A stretch of 64,000 nucleotides of DNA, taken from positions 1,339,809 through 1,403,808 of the forward strand of contig CAJINV010000002.1 in assembly GCA_905178155.1 (NCBI GenBank), given 5' to 3'. Positions within the stretch are counted from its first letter, which is position 1. Each line of letters opens with the position of its first letter. The notes under the pieces were generated by a model. The model was given only the letters and a program-made list of their open reading frames with translations, was not told the DNA's origin and searched no databases. Position numbers and translations under genes: made by a program. Positions 62,601 through 64,000 of this stretch are shown in pieces. The DNA is from Amoebophrya sp. A120. Taxonomy: Eukaryota; Protista; Dinoflagellata.

Positions 62601-64000
62601 ACCTCGATGGAGGGGGGGCGACGAGCCTTCTGGCCGGTTTGCACTTTGCGAGTACCCCCCAAGGTGGGCGAGCTACTATGTGCATTTTGCTGGACACCCA
62701 CGGGAAAGTGGCCGCGGCATAAGAGACCCTACTTACGCGAAGGGACGGGCCAGCCATGCGCAGCGGCCCACCCACCGCGGCGGGAGTGGGAGCCCGCGAT
62801 GCGCATGAAAGGCGAGCGGGGCTGGAGAAAAGGGGCGGCCTGCCCTTCCGAAAGGCAGGAATACCCGCACCGTCCCTTGCTGCACTCGCGCAGCCAATAT
62901 TACTCTGGCCCCCTGCCCCTGCGCCTCCGTTGGCAGCGCCAAGGGCCGCGCACGCAATTGCAATAACCCGCGCCGCGCCCCCACTGCCCCAAGGGCCAAC
63001 ATTCGCCTCTCCCGGACCTCCCTCCCTTCTGCAAAGCGCCCCACACCGTCCCCCGCACCCCGCACCGCCACCCACCCGAGAGCACGGCGGCGGCCTGCCC
63101 GCTGCGAGTTTCTTCGCAAGGGGCAAGGGAAGCCGGCAACACGCACAAGCGGCGCGCCGCAGGCTCGCAGCGAGGCTTTTTTGCGGGACAACGCGCGATC
63201 TGGGTGCGCTTGTTTCAGACCACCTCGGCGCCCGCAGAGGCCTCGGCGTTCGCGCTTTGGGTTTTGCCCAGATTTCTACTAGTACGCGCTCTACTAGTAG
63301 CCCGTCCCCGTTCTACTAGTAGAATTTTTGCTTTCCTGTCCCGTTAAATTTAATAGTAACACTTCTTACTAGTAAAAATTTTCAGCTTTTCTTTACTAGT
63401 AAGATTTTTACTAGTAGAAATCGGGCCATACGCCAATCGCACTTCTTGCCGTATAGTAGATAGGGACAGCGATCCTGGAGGGTGGAGTGCTCGGTTGTAG
63501 TAGAAATTCTGCAACTGCTGCTGCCAAGATGTTGTATTTGTTGTCGGACCACCAGTACTATTAACGGGCGCCGGAAAAGCAACTGTTTTCGCCCCGGCAG
63601 CAGCCCGGGCAGCTGATGCAGCTCCAACAAGTGACAAAAGATTCTTTTGTCGTTCTGCAACTGCTAGACCATGATTTGGGTTGACGACCGGAACATGACC
63701 CTTGTTCTGCTTCGGTGGCCGACCCCGGCCTCGCTTCGGTGGAACCACGACCGGGATAATTTCCTTTGGAGAAGGAGGTGGCGCTGGTACTACTACGGCC
63801 GCTTTTGGTGCTGGTTGCGCACCTGGAGGTGCAACTCCTGTCGTTTCCTGCGCAGATTTGACCACATTGCTAGTCTTCTCTTCAACCTTCGCCACCTTCG
63901 GCGGCCGCCCACGTCGCTTCATCGGTTTTTCCAAAGTGACTGTTGGCGGATCATATTTATTGATATTCTGCGCAGGAGCTGCCCCCGTGCTGTTGCCATG
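56655..64000 (-). CDS. AT-hook protein with a C-terminal GNAT-family N-acetyltransferase domain (5' end beyond the window)
   Basis: Frame is open to the window edge. AT-hooks KRRGRPPK and KRGRGRPPK. Six introner removals (60327, 60087, 59862, 58238, 58016, 57603) keep the frame and give VQTAAVCI...RIFMICFFVTKFHYRSSNAGSKLVEMLVKRL (motif A-like) and RIVTVCA...VCNFWKNLGF (motif B-like). Structure between 60840 and 63470 is ambiguous. Confidence 0.72.
57603..57900. mobile_element. TIR introner, family A (left end degenerate)
   Basis: TSD TGCGA at 57598-57602 and 57901-57905. Joins NLESH|LIDQN. Confidence 0.88.
58016..58170. mobile_element. TIR introner, family B
   Basis: Family B TIRs. TSD CGCTG/CTCAG, 2 mismatches. 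Joins KDPE|QRIFM. Confidence 0.85.
58238..58494. mobile_element. TIR introner, family A
   Basis: TSD TGTTT at 58233-58237 and 58495-58499. Joins LKQN|NSDRV. Confidence 0.92.
59862..60011. mobile_element. TIR introner, family B
   Basis: TSD ATCGT at 59857-59861 and 60012-60016. Confidence 0.95.
60087..60238. mobile_element. TIR introner, family B
   Basis: TIR TATCCTGTGC(A/C)AAAGTATCGTACTCGTA. TSD GGCGT at 60082-60086 and 60239-60243. Confidence 0.95.
60327..60479. mobile_element. TIR introner, family B
   Basis: TSD CGGAA at 60322-60326 and 60480-60484. Confidence 0.95.
60761..62403. repeat. Near-perfect 792-bp tandem duplication, ~2.07 copies
   Basis: ATTGCTGGTAGGCC at 60761, 61553 and 62345. 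Identical ORFs appear in the track offset by 792. Confidence 0.97.
60838..61528. mobile_element. Family A (60838-61098) and family C (61206-61528) elements lacking TSDs; second copy at 61630-61890 and 61998-62320
   Basis: Clear family A and C TIR cores. Inner termini are intact, outer termini are degenerate, and the flanks do not match. Confidence 0.85.

Overview
Eukaryotic protist genomic DNA with one 100-N gap. It is most likely a syndinian dinoflagellate such as Amoebophrya, which I infer from the intron architecture, the single gene orientation and the low-complexity proteins. Every gene I can support is on the minus strand. The dominant feature is at least 26 short (150-585 bp) elements with terminal inverted repeats (TIRs), from about five families with unrelated interiors, sitting inside coding sequence. 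They share TAY...RTA termini, and 21 have a 5-bp target-site duplication (TSD; 15 perfect, 6 imperfect). Removing the element plus one TSD copy restores the reading frame, usually without GT-AG ends, and near-identical elements occur in both orientations in minus-strand genes. Where the two TSD copies differ, 7 of 8 differences are synonymous. Using this rule I rebuilt a 17-exon, ~3020-aa Spindle-E/TDRD9-like DEAH helicase with a GW182-like tail (WG/GW repeats, WW domain, PAM2-like motif) and an AT-hook plus GNAT acetyltransferase gene. The window also has several hypothetical genes, a ~7-kb higher-order G-rich satellite, several GC-rich islands and a 792-bp tandem duplication carrying a composite intron. 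All analysis was by eye; no searches were run.
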